NCBI GenBank assembly: GCA_050952645.1
Contig: JBMNLI010000004.1
Location: forward strand, 1 to 56,861
From: Bdellovibrionota bacterium
GTDB taxonomy: Bacteria > Bdellovibrionota_C > UBA2361 > CAKMMH01
DNA: 56,861 nucleotides
Reading direction: 5' to 3'
In this document: positions 29,337-39,765 of the stretch, one piece after another
Layout of the letters: each line of letters opens with the position of its first letter
Numbering within the stretch: position 1 is the first letter of the stretch
Position numbers and translations under genes: made by a program
The notes under the pieces: generated by a model
Database searches by the model: none
What the model was told of the DNA's origin: nothing
What the model saw: the letters and a program-made list of their open reading frames with translations, nothing else

Positions 29337-31016
29337 TTATTTAGTAGTAGAGAAATTATCCATGCCTATAGCTGTTGTAATACCCGTGCCGTCTTTATTA
29401 GGGTCGGTAATTGTTCCTTCGCCATCTTGGGATTGTTTGTTAATATAGACACTACCATCACCACCACCAACATTAGGTTGCCCCTCCCCTCCAGTGTCTA
29501 CGCCTTCTCCTTCTGCTGGTTCAGCAAGTTTAGCGTTTGGAGAAGAGTTGTGAGGATAAGGTTTTCCTTCGTCGCTAAGTGTATCTTTAATCTCATCGCC
29601 GTCTAACAATTCACCACCTAATCCTTCTATAATTTTTACGCATTCCTCATTGTTATTTATAAGAGCTAGGTAAAAACGATCGGAGAAATCTTCTAGACTT
29701 AGCGAGTCGACTTTCGCTTTGTTTTCTTTATTTAATAGTTTTTCGTCTTGAGAGTTTACAAAATTTACTACCCATTTGCCATCTTTTTTTTCAATACCCG
29801 TAACTCGTATCATATGGTAAGCATGAGAGCTGTCCTTATTTTCATCCCATTTTAAAACTGCATTGATACCATTATTTGCTTTTATAAGTTTTTGTAGCTC
29901 TTCAGGGTTATCTTGAAGTTTCCTAAATGTTTCATTTTCAATAACGTAAGGAGCATCGCCATGTATTTTTTTATACATTGCTATTACCTCGCTTTCGGAA
30001 GTGCCTTTTTTTACGCTTCCACCTTTAGTAAGAACTCGTCCTAAGTGATCAAATCCGCCGTTATAAGTTTGAAGCATTAAAGCCCCAACGGCTACGCCTC
30101 CTAACATATCTGAGTTTAAGGAGGTATGAAGATATGAGCCTTCTTTAGTATTTAAGAATGCTTTTCTTGGGTCTTTAAGTTCTGCAAGGGCTATTTCTAA
30201 TATTCTTGCTCCTTGACCTTCTCTAATAGCACTGTTTATAAGGGAAGATGCAACGCAAGTATCATATTTTCCTTGGTTTATCTCATCTGGGTTTGCATAC
30301 GTTTTTAATACGTCTGAAAAAATTTCTTTATGTAAACTTTGTAAATTTTTATGCAAACTTTGTGTCTCTGATAGATTTGCAAACGCTTGCATAATTTCTA
30401 ATGATTCTACTGTAGAGCCATTCCATCTTTCTTGAACTTGTTTAAAATCTTTAGTTAAATTATATTCCTTTGCTTTCGCTTCTACTTTAGCAGATAATTT
30501 TTGATATTCTTCTTTTTGTTCTTTATTTAAAGGAGTTTGAAGTCGTTGTCTCTCGTTTGCTATTCTTTCTCTTTCTTCTTTAGCTAGTTCTTCCTTTGCA
30601 TTCTCTATTTGCTTGATAATTTCTTCTACTGATATATTGCCATCGACATCTTTATCGATTTTACCTAAAGTCTCGTTTATTTTTTCTGCGATATTAGCAA
30701 CCTTATTATCAGCTATGCTATTTATACTGTCTGATAATTTTTCCAAAGCTTTCTTATTTGTTTTATTATCTTTAATGGCATTTAATAATTCTTTCGTTGC
30801 TTTTCCACTTAAATTAGCCATAAAAATTTCCGCTTTCGCTTCGTTTACGCCAATGCTTTTTAGTTTGGTAATAGAGTTTCGGTTATCTATATTTCCTTTA
30901 GTTTTTCCCCTTGCTTTGATATCTAATTCTTTCGATTGATCATGAGTCGTTGCTGCCCCTGTTGGTCCTTTTTGGGTTGCTGCCCCTTTTGCCATTGTTG
31001 GTCTTGCCCCTGCCAT
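29337..31016 (-). CDS. hypothetical protein with EF-hand and papain/calpain-like Cys protease motifs
   Basis: DKDVDGNISVEE loop; INQGKYDTC; HAYHMIRVTG; VNFVNSQ; no signal peptide. Confidence 0.6.
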   Translation of the reverse strand: MAGARPTMAKGAATQKGPTGAATTHDQSKELDIKARGKTKGNIDNRNSITKLKSIGVNEAKAEIFMANLSGKATKELLNAIKDNKTNKKALEKLSDSINSIADNKVANIAEKINETLGKIDKDVDGNISVEEIIKQIENAKEELAKEERERIANERQRLQTPLNKEQKEEYQKLSAKVEAKAKEYNLTKDFKQVQERWNGSTVESLEIMQAFANLSETQSLHKNLQSLHKEIFSDVLKTYANPDEINQGKYDTCVASSLINSAIREGQGARILEIALAELKDPRKAFLNTKEGSYLHTSLNSDMLGGVAVGALMLQTYNGGFDHLGRVLTKGGSVKKGTSESEVIAMYKKIHGDAPYVIENETFRKLQDNPEELQKLIKANNGINAVLKWDENKDSSHAYHMIRVTGIEKKDGKWVVNFVNSQDEKLLNKENKAKVDSLSLEDFSDRFYLALINNNEECVKIIEGLGGELLDGDEIKDTLSDEGKPYPHNSSPNAKLAEPAEGEGVDTGGEGQPNVGGGDGSVYINKQSQDGEGTITDPNKDGTGITTAIGMDNFSTTK

Positions 31017-31422
31017 ATTTAAACTCCTAATTATAAAAACAAATCTCTTTTATAAGTTATGATAAGATAAACGAAAATATAACATTTTAAGTATTAAAAA
31101 ATAATATCGTTCTAATATTATATAATTTTTTTTAAATTAAGCAAAATAATAAATGTAAAATTAGCTAATTTTGCTAATTTTTTTTAAGTTTCTATACGTG
31201 CAAGAACTAACAACAAGAACTACTAATAAGAACTACAAAAAAGAACTACTAAAAAGTGTCTAGTTTAATTTGACAATCACCTTTTTATTCCTTTTCTTTT
31301 TATTCCTTTACTTTTTTGTTTCTTTACTTTTTGCTTTTTTACTTTTTATTCCTCTATAAGGGACTATTTAATATCCTTATAAAGAAAACTTACAAAACTA
31401 AAGTTTGAGCCTTAATTTTATC

Positions 31423-32160
31423 TTATCTTCCAATATAAATATCTACTCTTCTATTTAATTGTCTACCCTCTTTTGTAAGGTTAGAGCCTATTGGTCTAGT
31501 AGCAGCGTAGCTATTTATTACCACTTGGTCTTGTGAAATCCCATAAGAAATTAGCGAAGCAGCAACACTTTCTGCCCTGCTAGCTGAAAGCTCCTCATTG
31601 TAGCTTACACTTCCTGTGTCATCCGTATGACCGTCAACGTAAATTTTCGATGCAAACGGACTCTTCTTTAACGTATTTGCCATGGCTTCTAAATTTTTAC
31701 TAGCTCCAAGCCTTAAACTCGTAGCATCAGTATCGAAAAAAACTTGGTAAATACTCGCATTTGCAGATTTTGAAAGCGCTAAGTCTAGTTTTGCTTGAAG
31801 ATTAAAAAGCTCCTGAGCGTTCGAGTTGTTTTTTATCTTTAAACTCTCAAGTTCACGCTCTTGCTTCAACTCGGCAGATTCTATAATGTCGGCATTCGCT
31901 CCAATTAACGCCCCTTCAACTATACCAAAGCCAGCTCCAATAGCCACTCCCTCACCTGCACGAGCAGGAGATAGTTGATGTCCTATAACTGCCCCAGCAC
32001 CAGCTCCCCAAGCTGCTCCTAAAGCTGCCGACCCTAGAGTCTTATCTGGGCCAGATTTAGGGGCGCAAGCTACTAAAACCCCCGATAATAATAAACTAGC
32101 AGTTAATATCCTTGATGATATCCTTGATGATATCTCTAATGATAATAGTGTCTTTTTCAT
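31423..32160 (-). CDS. OmpA-family lipoprotein with glycine zipper (YiaD-like)
   Basis: lipobox LVAC; GAALGAAWGAGAGAVIG; VDGHTDDTGS..YN..LS..RA; NRRVDI. Confidence 0.9.
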   Translation of the reverse strand: MKKTLLSLEISSRISSRILTASLLLSGVLVACAPKSGPDKTLGSAALGAAWGAGAGAVIGHQLSPARAGEGVAIGAGFGIVEGALIGANADIIESAELKQERELESLKIKNNSNAQELFNLQAKLDLALSKSANASIYQVFFDTDATSLRLGASKNLEAMANTLKKSPFASKIYVDGHTDDTGSVSYNEELSASRAESVAASLISYGISQDQVVINSYAATRPIGSNLTKEGRQLNRRVDIYIGR

Positions 32161-32372
32161 ATATGAAACCTACTTAAAAAATATTTAAAAAAATTAAAAA
32201 ATATTTAAAAAAATAAAGAGTTTTTTATTTAAGTTTTACTTTAAGCATCTACTAAAAAAACTCTACTGTATACAATGCTTAAGATGCAAGTTTTTAGATA
32301 CTATATTCAAAATTCTTTAATATATTCGTTGATAATTAGAAAAATAATTAGAAAAATAAACTTTCCCTTGTT

Positions 32373-34022
32373 TTACTGTGAAAAATGTCTAAAAACACTT
32401 AATGCTACACATGAAACTAAATAAAAAATAGTAAAAAAGTTTAATATATTTAATGGGATATCTCCTATTTTAGAATAAAAAGTCTTGCCCTCTATAAGAG
32501 GGACATCAAATGATGCTACAAAGTCGCTATAAATAGGGAATTCTAACACTTTGTATCCGTTATTGTCGATAATAGCTGAAAGACCAGTATGAGTGCTTCT
32601 TATTAGAAATTTATTATTTTCAATTGCTCTAAAACTTGAAATCATATTGTGCTGATGTAAGGCTACGCCTTTACCAAACCAACCATCATTAGATAGACCT
32701 ACTAGTAAATTGGCTCCTTTCTTAGTAGCATCTCTAGAAATTCTAGGAACTAACTCTTCATAACAAACAAAAGGGGAAACTTTTACTAAATTACCGTTAT
32801 TATCCCTGTAAGCATAAACTCTAACGGTTTTTCCTTTATTAAAAAAACCCTCTAGCTTAGTAATCTTTTTTAAAAAAGGAAGATATTTAGCAAATGGAAT
32901 ATATTCCCCGAAAGGAATTAAAATCTGCTTATGATACGGAGCGGAAACTTGACCGTATTTTCCAACGAAGAAAATGCTATTAAAAAATTCTTTTTTATCG
33001 TTATACGATAATGCACCAGTAATAAGAGGATAGTTATCACCAAAAAAAGGGAGTTTGTAATTATTTTTTACATTCCTAATATTTTCATGCACTAAATTTG
33101 TAATAACACTTTCAGGCCAAATAATAAGAGTGTGAGATTTGTTTTTTATATGCTCTTTAGTTAAATTGTAATACTTAAAAACATCAGCCTTTATAATTTG
33201 CATCTGAGCGGCAAACTCAGTTGTTGGAATAGCTTGCACTAGCGTTATATTAGTTTTAGGAAAATCTTTCTTATCTCGTAATATGAAATTTCCATTTATA
33301 AGCAAAGCTATAAAAAAAATAGGAGCAATAAATAAAGGGCGTTTTTTATATCCTATAGTTTTATTTTTTATTATATTATCTTCTAGTATTTTATCTTCTA
33401 GTAGCTTATCTTCTCGTAGCTTATCTTCTAACAGCTTATCTTCTAACAGCTTATCTCTAGATTTTTTTGATATATAAATATAAAGGTCGATTATATACTC
33501 CGATATCCAAAACATAAAAAATGAAAGCATTAAAACGCCCCCTATCGAAGCGTTTAACGAAAGGCTTTTGAAATAAAGGGTAGTATGCCCATAATACCAA
33601 GGAAAAATTTTAGGACAAAAACTCTCAACGAATATAAATGATAAGGTCGAAGGCAAACTTAAAGAATTTAAAAATTTACTACGCTTTAAATACTTATAAA
33701 TAATAGGAGGAAAAATAAATTGTAAAGATGAGAGAACTAAAAAAATTAAAAAACCTAAAATCGATAAAAATATATTAAATTGCCCAAAATCGTGAATAGT
33801 ATTAAAAAGCCAATAAAACCCGAGTGAATTTAAGATAATTCCTAGTAAGAAATAATAAGAAATTAAGGCATCGTTTTTTAAAAGTAAAATATAAAAAAAA
33901 GCACTCGTAAATCCAAGCAATACGCAAATAAATGTATCCGGGAAAAGCCAAGCTATGCCGATACTTAGAGCGCTTATTAAAGTATAAATAAAATTTTTAT
34001 TTAAAAGTAATTTCGATAACAC
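32373..34022 (-). CDS. lnt: apolipoprotein N-acyltransferase
   Basis: multiple TM helices, FPW, IWPES, YHKQILIPFGEYIP, VCYE, SNDGWF, RAIEN. Confidence 0.95.
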   Translation of the reverse strand: MLSKLLLNKNFIYTLISALSIGIAWLFPDTFICVLLGFTSAFFYILLLKNDALISYYFLLGIILNSLGFYWLFNTIHDFGQFNIFLSILGFLIFLVLSSLQFIFPPIIYKYLKRSKFLNSLSLPSTLSFIFVESFCPKIFPWYYGHTTLYFKSLSLNASIGGVLMLSFFMFWISEYIIDLYIYISKKSRDKLLEDKLLEDKLREDKLLEDKILEDNIIKNKTIGYKKRPLFIAPIFFIALLINGNFILRDKKDFPKTNITLVQAIPTTEFAAQMQIIKADVFKYYNLTKEHIKNKSHTLIIWPESVITNLVHENIRNVKNNYKLPFFGDNYPLITGALSYNDKKEFFNSIFFVGKYGQVSAPYHKQILIPFGEYIPFAKYLPFLKKITKLEGFFNKGKTVRVYAYRDNNGNLVKVSPFVCYEELVPRISRDATKKGANLLVGLSNDGWFGKGVALHQHNMISSFRAIENNKFLIRSTHTGLSAIIDNNGYKVLEFPIYSDFVASFDVPLIEGKTFYSKIGDIPLNILNFFTIFYLVSCVALSVFRHFSQ

Positions 34023-34092
34023 TTAAATAATAAAAAATAAAAAACAAAAATTTTAAATAAATATTAAAATAAATAAGAGTAAATACATATAT

Positions 34093-34140
34093 AAAAAAAA
34101 TTAAAGCATCATATATAATAAAATATATAAGATGCTTTAA
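34093..34140 (-). terminator. probable intrinsic terminator downstream of eno
   Basis: TTAAAGCATC...GATGCTTTAA stem followed by T8 on the minus strand. Confidence 0.5.
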
Positions 34141-34233
34141 TTAAAGCTTAGCTCTTTTCACGTTTCTAAAATGGGGGGGGGTTATGCCATCTTGCCCATT
34201 TAAAACGCAAAACGAACCTTAAAGTTTTTATAC

Positions 34234-35547
<1,314 letters not shown>

Positions 35548-35851
35548 TCAAATATTAAACAAAATTATGTATATATAAATATAACTATAACTAATAAAAT
35601 ATAAAAAATTTTTTAATCTTTTACTTATATTAAATATTTATACATTTTAAATTATACATTTTAAACATCTTAAATTTTAATATCGCTTGATAAAAAAGAC
35701 AAGGTAAAGAACTTATATAAAATAGATTATTATAAAAAATAAATTTATACTCTTTTGTAAATAGCGTATTTGTGATAAATAATTTAATTAGATGTTTAGT
35801 GTTTAAAATACTTTAAATTTTTATCAAATTTTTCTAGAAATAAAATTACGA

Positions 35852-36130
35852 ATGAAAAAATTAGCGCCTCATATCATATTTTTAGCAAGTTTTTTTCTCT
35901 TAGGAATGATTTACCTAGATAAGGATAGTATGCCTAAAGTTAACGAGTTAAGAGAAACTCTAAATAATCAAGAGAGGATAAATTATGCACTTATAAGAGA
36001 AATTAGAGATTATAAAAAAGAAATCATCGGTATACAAGATAGCGATAGAGCCTTAGAGAAAGTGCTAAGAGATGAATACGCATTAGGTAAAGATGGTGAG
36101 GTTATCGTAGTGTTTAAAGAAAAAAGATAA
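35852..36130 (+). CDS. ftsB: septum formation initiator (FtsB/DivIC family)
   Basis: N-terminal TM, coiled coil, ALEKVLRDEYALGKDGEVIVVF; adjacent to eno. Confidence 0.75.
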   Translation: MKKLAPHIIFLASFFLLGMIYLDKDSMPKVNELRETLNNQERINYALIREIRDYKKEIIGIQDSDRALEKVLRDEYALGKDGEVIVVFKEKR

Positions 36131-36258
36131 TTTAAAAAGATATTAAATCGTTTATATTCACGCTTGTTTTTTTGTTTTTTTTCTTTCTAGTTTCTTGATT
36201 TTCTAGTTTCTTGTTTTCTTTCTTTCTTTCTTTCTTGCTTGCTTGCTTTTATTACTTG

Positions 36259-36378
36259 CTTTTCTCGTTTCTTTTCTCGTTTCTTTTCTCGTTTCTTTTC
36301 TCGTTTCTTTTCTCGTTTCTTTTCTCGTTTCTTTTCTCGTTTCTTTTCTCGTTTCTTTTCTCGTTTCTTTTCTCGTTT
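36259..36378. repeat. perfect 12-bp tandem repeat x10 (CTTTTCTCGTTT)
   Basis: counted directly. Confidence 0.95.
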
Positions 36379-36392
36379 CTTTTTTTCTTATT

Positions 36393-36470
36393 TAAAACTT
36401 TAACTTTTCCTTGTTTTACGTATAAAATTTAATTTTAACTTTTTAATCTACTAAAAACAATTTTTAAAAA
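36393..36470. mobile_element. MITE-like family 1, left end
   Basis: cttgttttacgtataaaatttaattttaacttt..aa.ctact.aaaa shared with 19288-19345. Confidence 0.6.
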
Positions 36471-36620
36471 TTCATCTTAAAAAGTAAACTAAAAAATAAG
36501 CTTAAGAAAATTATTATAATATTATTTTAAGAAATGAAAATTTTTTCAAAGGAGATGATAGCAAAGATGATAGCAAAGACGATAGAAAAGACGATAGAAA
36601 AAAGAGAATGATAAAAAAAA

Positions 36621-36698
36621 TGGCGGAGCCAGCGGGACTCGAACCCGCGACCTCTTGCGTGACAGGCAAGCGTTCTAACCAAACTGAACTATGACTCC
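36621..36698 (-). tRNA. tRNA-Asp (GTC)
   Basis: cloverleaf: acceptor GGAGTCA/TGGCTCC, anticodon arm CTTGC-CTGTCAC-GCAAG, T-loop TTCGAGT, encoded CCA. Confidence 0.97.
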
Positions 36699-36717
36699 AA
36701 ACTTTATGATACTAGAA

Positions 36718-36777
36718 TTTATAATTCTAGGCTTTATAATTCTAGGCTTTATAATTCTAAGTTTTATAATTTTAAAC
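36718..36777. repeat. 15-bp degenerate tandem repeat x4 upstream of tRNA-Asp
   Basis: TTTATAATTCTAGGC units. Confidence 0.8.
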
Positions 36778-37041
36778 TTACAATGCCTAAACTATTACCA
36801 CATCTATATAGTTTAACATAACTACAAATATATTTCTAGTATATATTTTATAAGACCAAGGCAACTTAATATTTTTAATTTAAAATATTAAATTTGCTAA
36901 TGTTTACTAATAGTTAAAAGTAGTGCATTAAAAATACCTAGCGCAACTAAGTAATTTACACTAAGATTTTTCTATTAAACATTAAAAAAGAAATTAAATC
37001 AATAGTTTTACAAAATATAAATTAAAAAGGCTAAAAAAGAG

Positions 37042-38346
37042 ATGTTTGAAAAATATTTAGAGAGTGTAGGGTTTTATAATTTTAATAATAGTTTTGATAA
37101 GCTAATTGTAAAAGCTAGGGAGATGGCAAAGAATACTTTTAAAAAAGAGTATAGTGGAGATAATGCCTTTTCAAATGAAGAAAGTAAAATAAAAATAGAT
37201 AAATATTCAAAAGCCTCTAATATAAAAGGTTGCATATTAGTTATAGATATAGGTGGCACGCATACGAAGTGTGCAGTTTTTGAAAACGAAGAGCCAACTT
37301 TTTTATTTGATGAAGATAATGATTGGTTTAAAGGCAAAAGCTTAGATTATAAGTTAGGCTTAGAAAACTTTATAAATACCATAGCTAAAAATATAAAAAC
37401 AAAATATAAAAATTACTCTAATATTTCAGGACTAGCTATAGTTTGGTCTAATGCTATAAGGGCAGTAAATGTAGAAAATAAAGATTACACTGGCATTTCA
37501 GGCGTTACTATCGGGGTAAACTCTTGCTTTTACGAAAAAGGCGAATGGTTTAACGATGATTTATACGATGATTACGACTTAGGTGAAGCTTTTTATAATA
37601 TTTTTTCTAAAAAAGGAATAAAAATATCTACAATTATAATAGCTAACGATACTGTGTTTACATTAAAAGCCTTAGAGTTTGCTGATGCTGGCGTCGTTAT
37701 CTCGTCTGGGGCTAATGCTACGGGAATAGGGGACGATAATACTATATATAACTTAGAGTCGGGAGCAATGTTTAAATTAAATAGAGACGAGCTATCCCTA
37801 GTAGACCCTTTTAAAGATGAGTTTATGCTACAATATTTATGCGCAGGTAAGTGGCAACATATTTTTTTAAAAGAATACATAATCGCCGCTAGCAAGTATG
37901 GAATAAAAGAATTCGATAATTTCGCAAAAGATTTAGAGAAAAATAATTTTCTAGTAGTGCAAGATATGTCGAGCAGTTTATATGGGGATTTTCCTTATAA
38001 AGAAAAATATGAGGAAGCTAAAGAATGTTTCTTTAAATTATGTAAGGCTTTAGAGCGTAGAGCCGCTCTTGCTGGCGCTCTTTTAGTTTACACTTCGATA
38101 GCAAATAGAGTAGCAAATAGAGTAGATGGAGAAAAATATTTTAAAATCGCCTTAGATAGTGGCGTAGCGAGGCATTTGCCATCGTTTTTTAAATATTTAA
38201 AGGAAGACTTAGATAAAATTATAAAAAATGTCGATAATAACGTCGATAATGATGTCGATAAAAAAGTCGATATTATTTTATTAGAACCTAAGGGACACGT
38301 AACGGTTCCTATGTTTGGTGCATATAATTCAGTAAGGAAGTATTAA
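37042..38346 (+). CDS. hexokinase (Hexokinase_1/2 family), divergent
   Basis: VIDIGGTH phosphate-1 motif, ANDTV, ISSGANA, YNLESG, ERRAALAG. Confidence 0.75.
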   Translation: MFEKYLESVGFYNFNNSFDKLIVKAREMAKNTFKKEYSGDNAFSNEESKIKIDKYSKASNIKGCILVIDIGGTHTKCAVFENEEPTFLFDEDNDWFKGKSLDYKLGLENFINTIAKNIKTKYKNYSNISGLAIVWSNAIRAVNVENKDYTGISGVTIGVNSCFYEKGEWFNDDLYDDYDLGEAFYNIFSKKGIKISTIIIANDTVFTLKALEFADAGVVISSGANATGIGDDNTIYNLESGAMFKLNRDELSLVDPFKDEFMLQYLCAGKWQHIFLKEYIIAASKYGIKEFDNFAKDLEKNNFLVVQDMSSSLYGDFPYKEKYEEAKECFFKLCKALERRAALAGALLVYTSIANRVANRVDGEKYFKIALDSGVARHLPSFFKYLKEDLDKIIKNVDNNVDNDVDKKVDIILLEPKGHVTVPMFGAYNSVRKY

Positions 38347-38395
38347 ATTTTTTTTAATTTAGTTCTTTAGTATTGTTTATGCCGTGGTATTGCTT

Positions 38396-39553
38396 ATGTC
38401 TAATAGTGATAAAATTTTTAAATTAAAATTAGTAGAACAAAGCTACTATGAAAAAGAGTTCGATATAATTAAGGGTAAAGAAAAGTTTACTCATTCATTA
38501 CAAAGCCTAATCCTAAACTTTTCTAAATTAAATTCAAATATCCCTGCGTATTTTATCGATAAATATACTACTAAAGGACAATGCGTTTTAGATCCTTTTT
38601 GCGCTTTTGGCACTGTGCCTACTGAAACCATATTAAGAGAACGAATCTCGTTTGCTACCGATATTCACGGGCTTGCTGTAAAAGCTACTAGCGCTAAATT
38701 AAATCCAGTTTTTTTCCCTAAGCTTGCACTCTCACTTCAAATGATCGATGTAAAAAGATTAGTAAGTCTAGAAGATTATGAAAAGTATTTTATGCCATTT
38801 TTTAATATTGAAACTTACAAAGAAATTTTATCGCTAAAAGAATATATTCAAAACAATAGAAACCATATTACTAATTTTATAGAGCTTTTAATGCTTTCAA
38901 TTTTACATGGGCCAACATCTAATTTTTGCTCTGCTCCTACGCATGAAGAAATTTCTGTTTTACCTGAAAAACAAATAAAGATAAATATTAAAAACAAGGC
39001 GGAGCCTGAATATAGGCCGATTATTCCAAGACTACTAAAAAAAGCCTCAAGTGTTTTAGAAGATCATATACAAGCTAATATAAGCAATTTTGCGGAATAT
39101 AATAAATGTTTTTTACAAGACCCAAGGAACCTAAATAAAATTTCCTCACTAAGCGTCGACCTAATATTAACGGAGCTTCCGCTATATTATGAAAGCGATC
39201 TATTTAAACAATGCTGGCTTAAAAATTGGTTCTGTAATATCGGCATGAAAACTAATGAATACGATTTTTATGATGAAGCCTCTTGGGTAGATTTTATGGC
39301 CGAGGCACTAATGGAGTTTTATAGAGTATTAAAATTAGGTAAAAGAATAGTTTTCATTATAAAAGATTTTAGCGAAGATAACTTAAGCTACTCAAAAGAT
39401 TACTCAAAAGATTGCTCAAAAGATTGCTCAAAACTTTTGCTAGACTTAATAAATAAACAAATGCATAAATATTTTACCCCTGAAAAATGCCTTATACAGC
39501 CTGCAGACGAAAATAATATTTCTTATAAACACTTAGTAATAAAAAAGATATAA
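38396..39553 (+). CDS. DNA N4/N6 methyltransferase-like protein with degenerate motifs
   Basis: PAYFIDKYT..G..VLDPFCAFGT..E; SVDLILTELP; EFYRVLKLGKRIVF. Confidence 0.65.
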   Translation: MSNSDKIFKLKLVEQSYYEKEFDIIKGKEKFTHSLQSLILNFSKLNSNIPAYFIDKYTTKGQCVLDPFCAFGTVPTETILRERISFATDIHGLAVKATSAKLNPVFFPKLALSLQMIDVKRLVSLEDYEKYFMPFFNIETYKEILSLKEYIQNNRNHITNFIELLMLSILHGPTSNFCSAPTHEEISVLPEKQIKINIKNKAEPEYRPIIPRLLKKASSVLEDHIQANISNFAEYNKCFLQDPRNLNKISSLSVDLILTELPLYYESDLFKQCWLKNWFCNIGMKTNEYDFYDEASWVDFMAEALMEFYRVLKLGKRIVFIIKDFSEDNLSYSKDYSKDCSKDCSKLLLDLINKQMHKYFTPEKCLIQPADENNISYKHLVIKKI

Positions 39554-39765
39554 TAAAATATAACACAAGTTAAAGCGAAGTTATAATAAGGATGCAAATT
39601 AAACACCGTTTGCTAAAAACGCTCTAGTCTAAATTAAATGTTTTATTGTAATATGTCGATAGACTTCATCGTAAAAGAATTCTGCAATGCGATAGGTCTT
39701 ATTTGAATTCTTTTTTAAAAATTTTAAAATTTAAATTATTTTTTGCAAAAGGAAAGTTAAGCTAT

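Noticed and set aside
36259..36378. CRISPR array or the 73-aa FSFL-repeat ORF (36211-36432)
   Set aside because: Head-to-tail 12-mers with no spacers and no cas genes; the ORF is an artefact of the repeat
36621..39553. Genomic island or restriction-modification system at tRNA-Asp
   Set aside because: No integrase, no duplicated tRNA 3' end, no nuclease; the MTase motifs are degenerate
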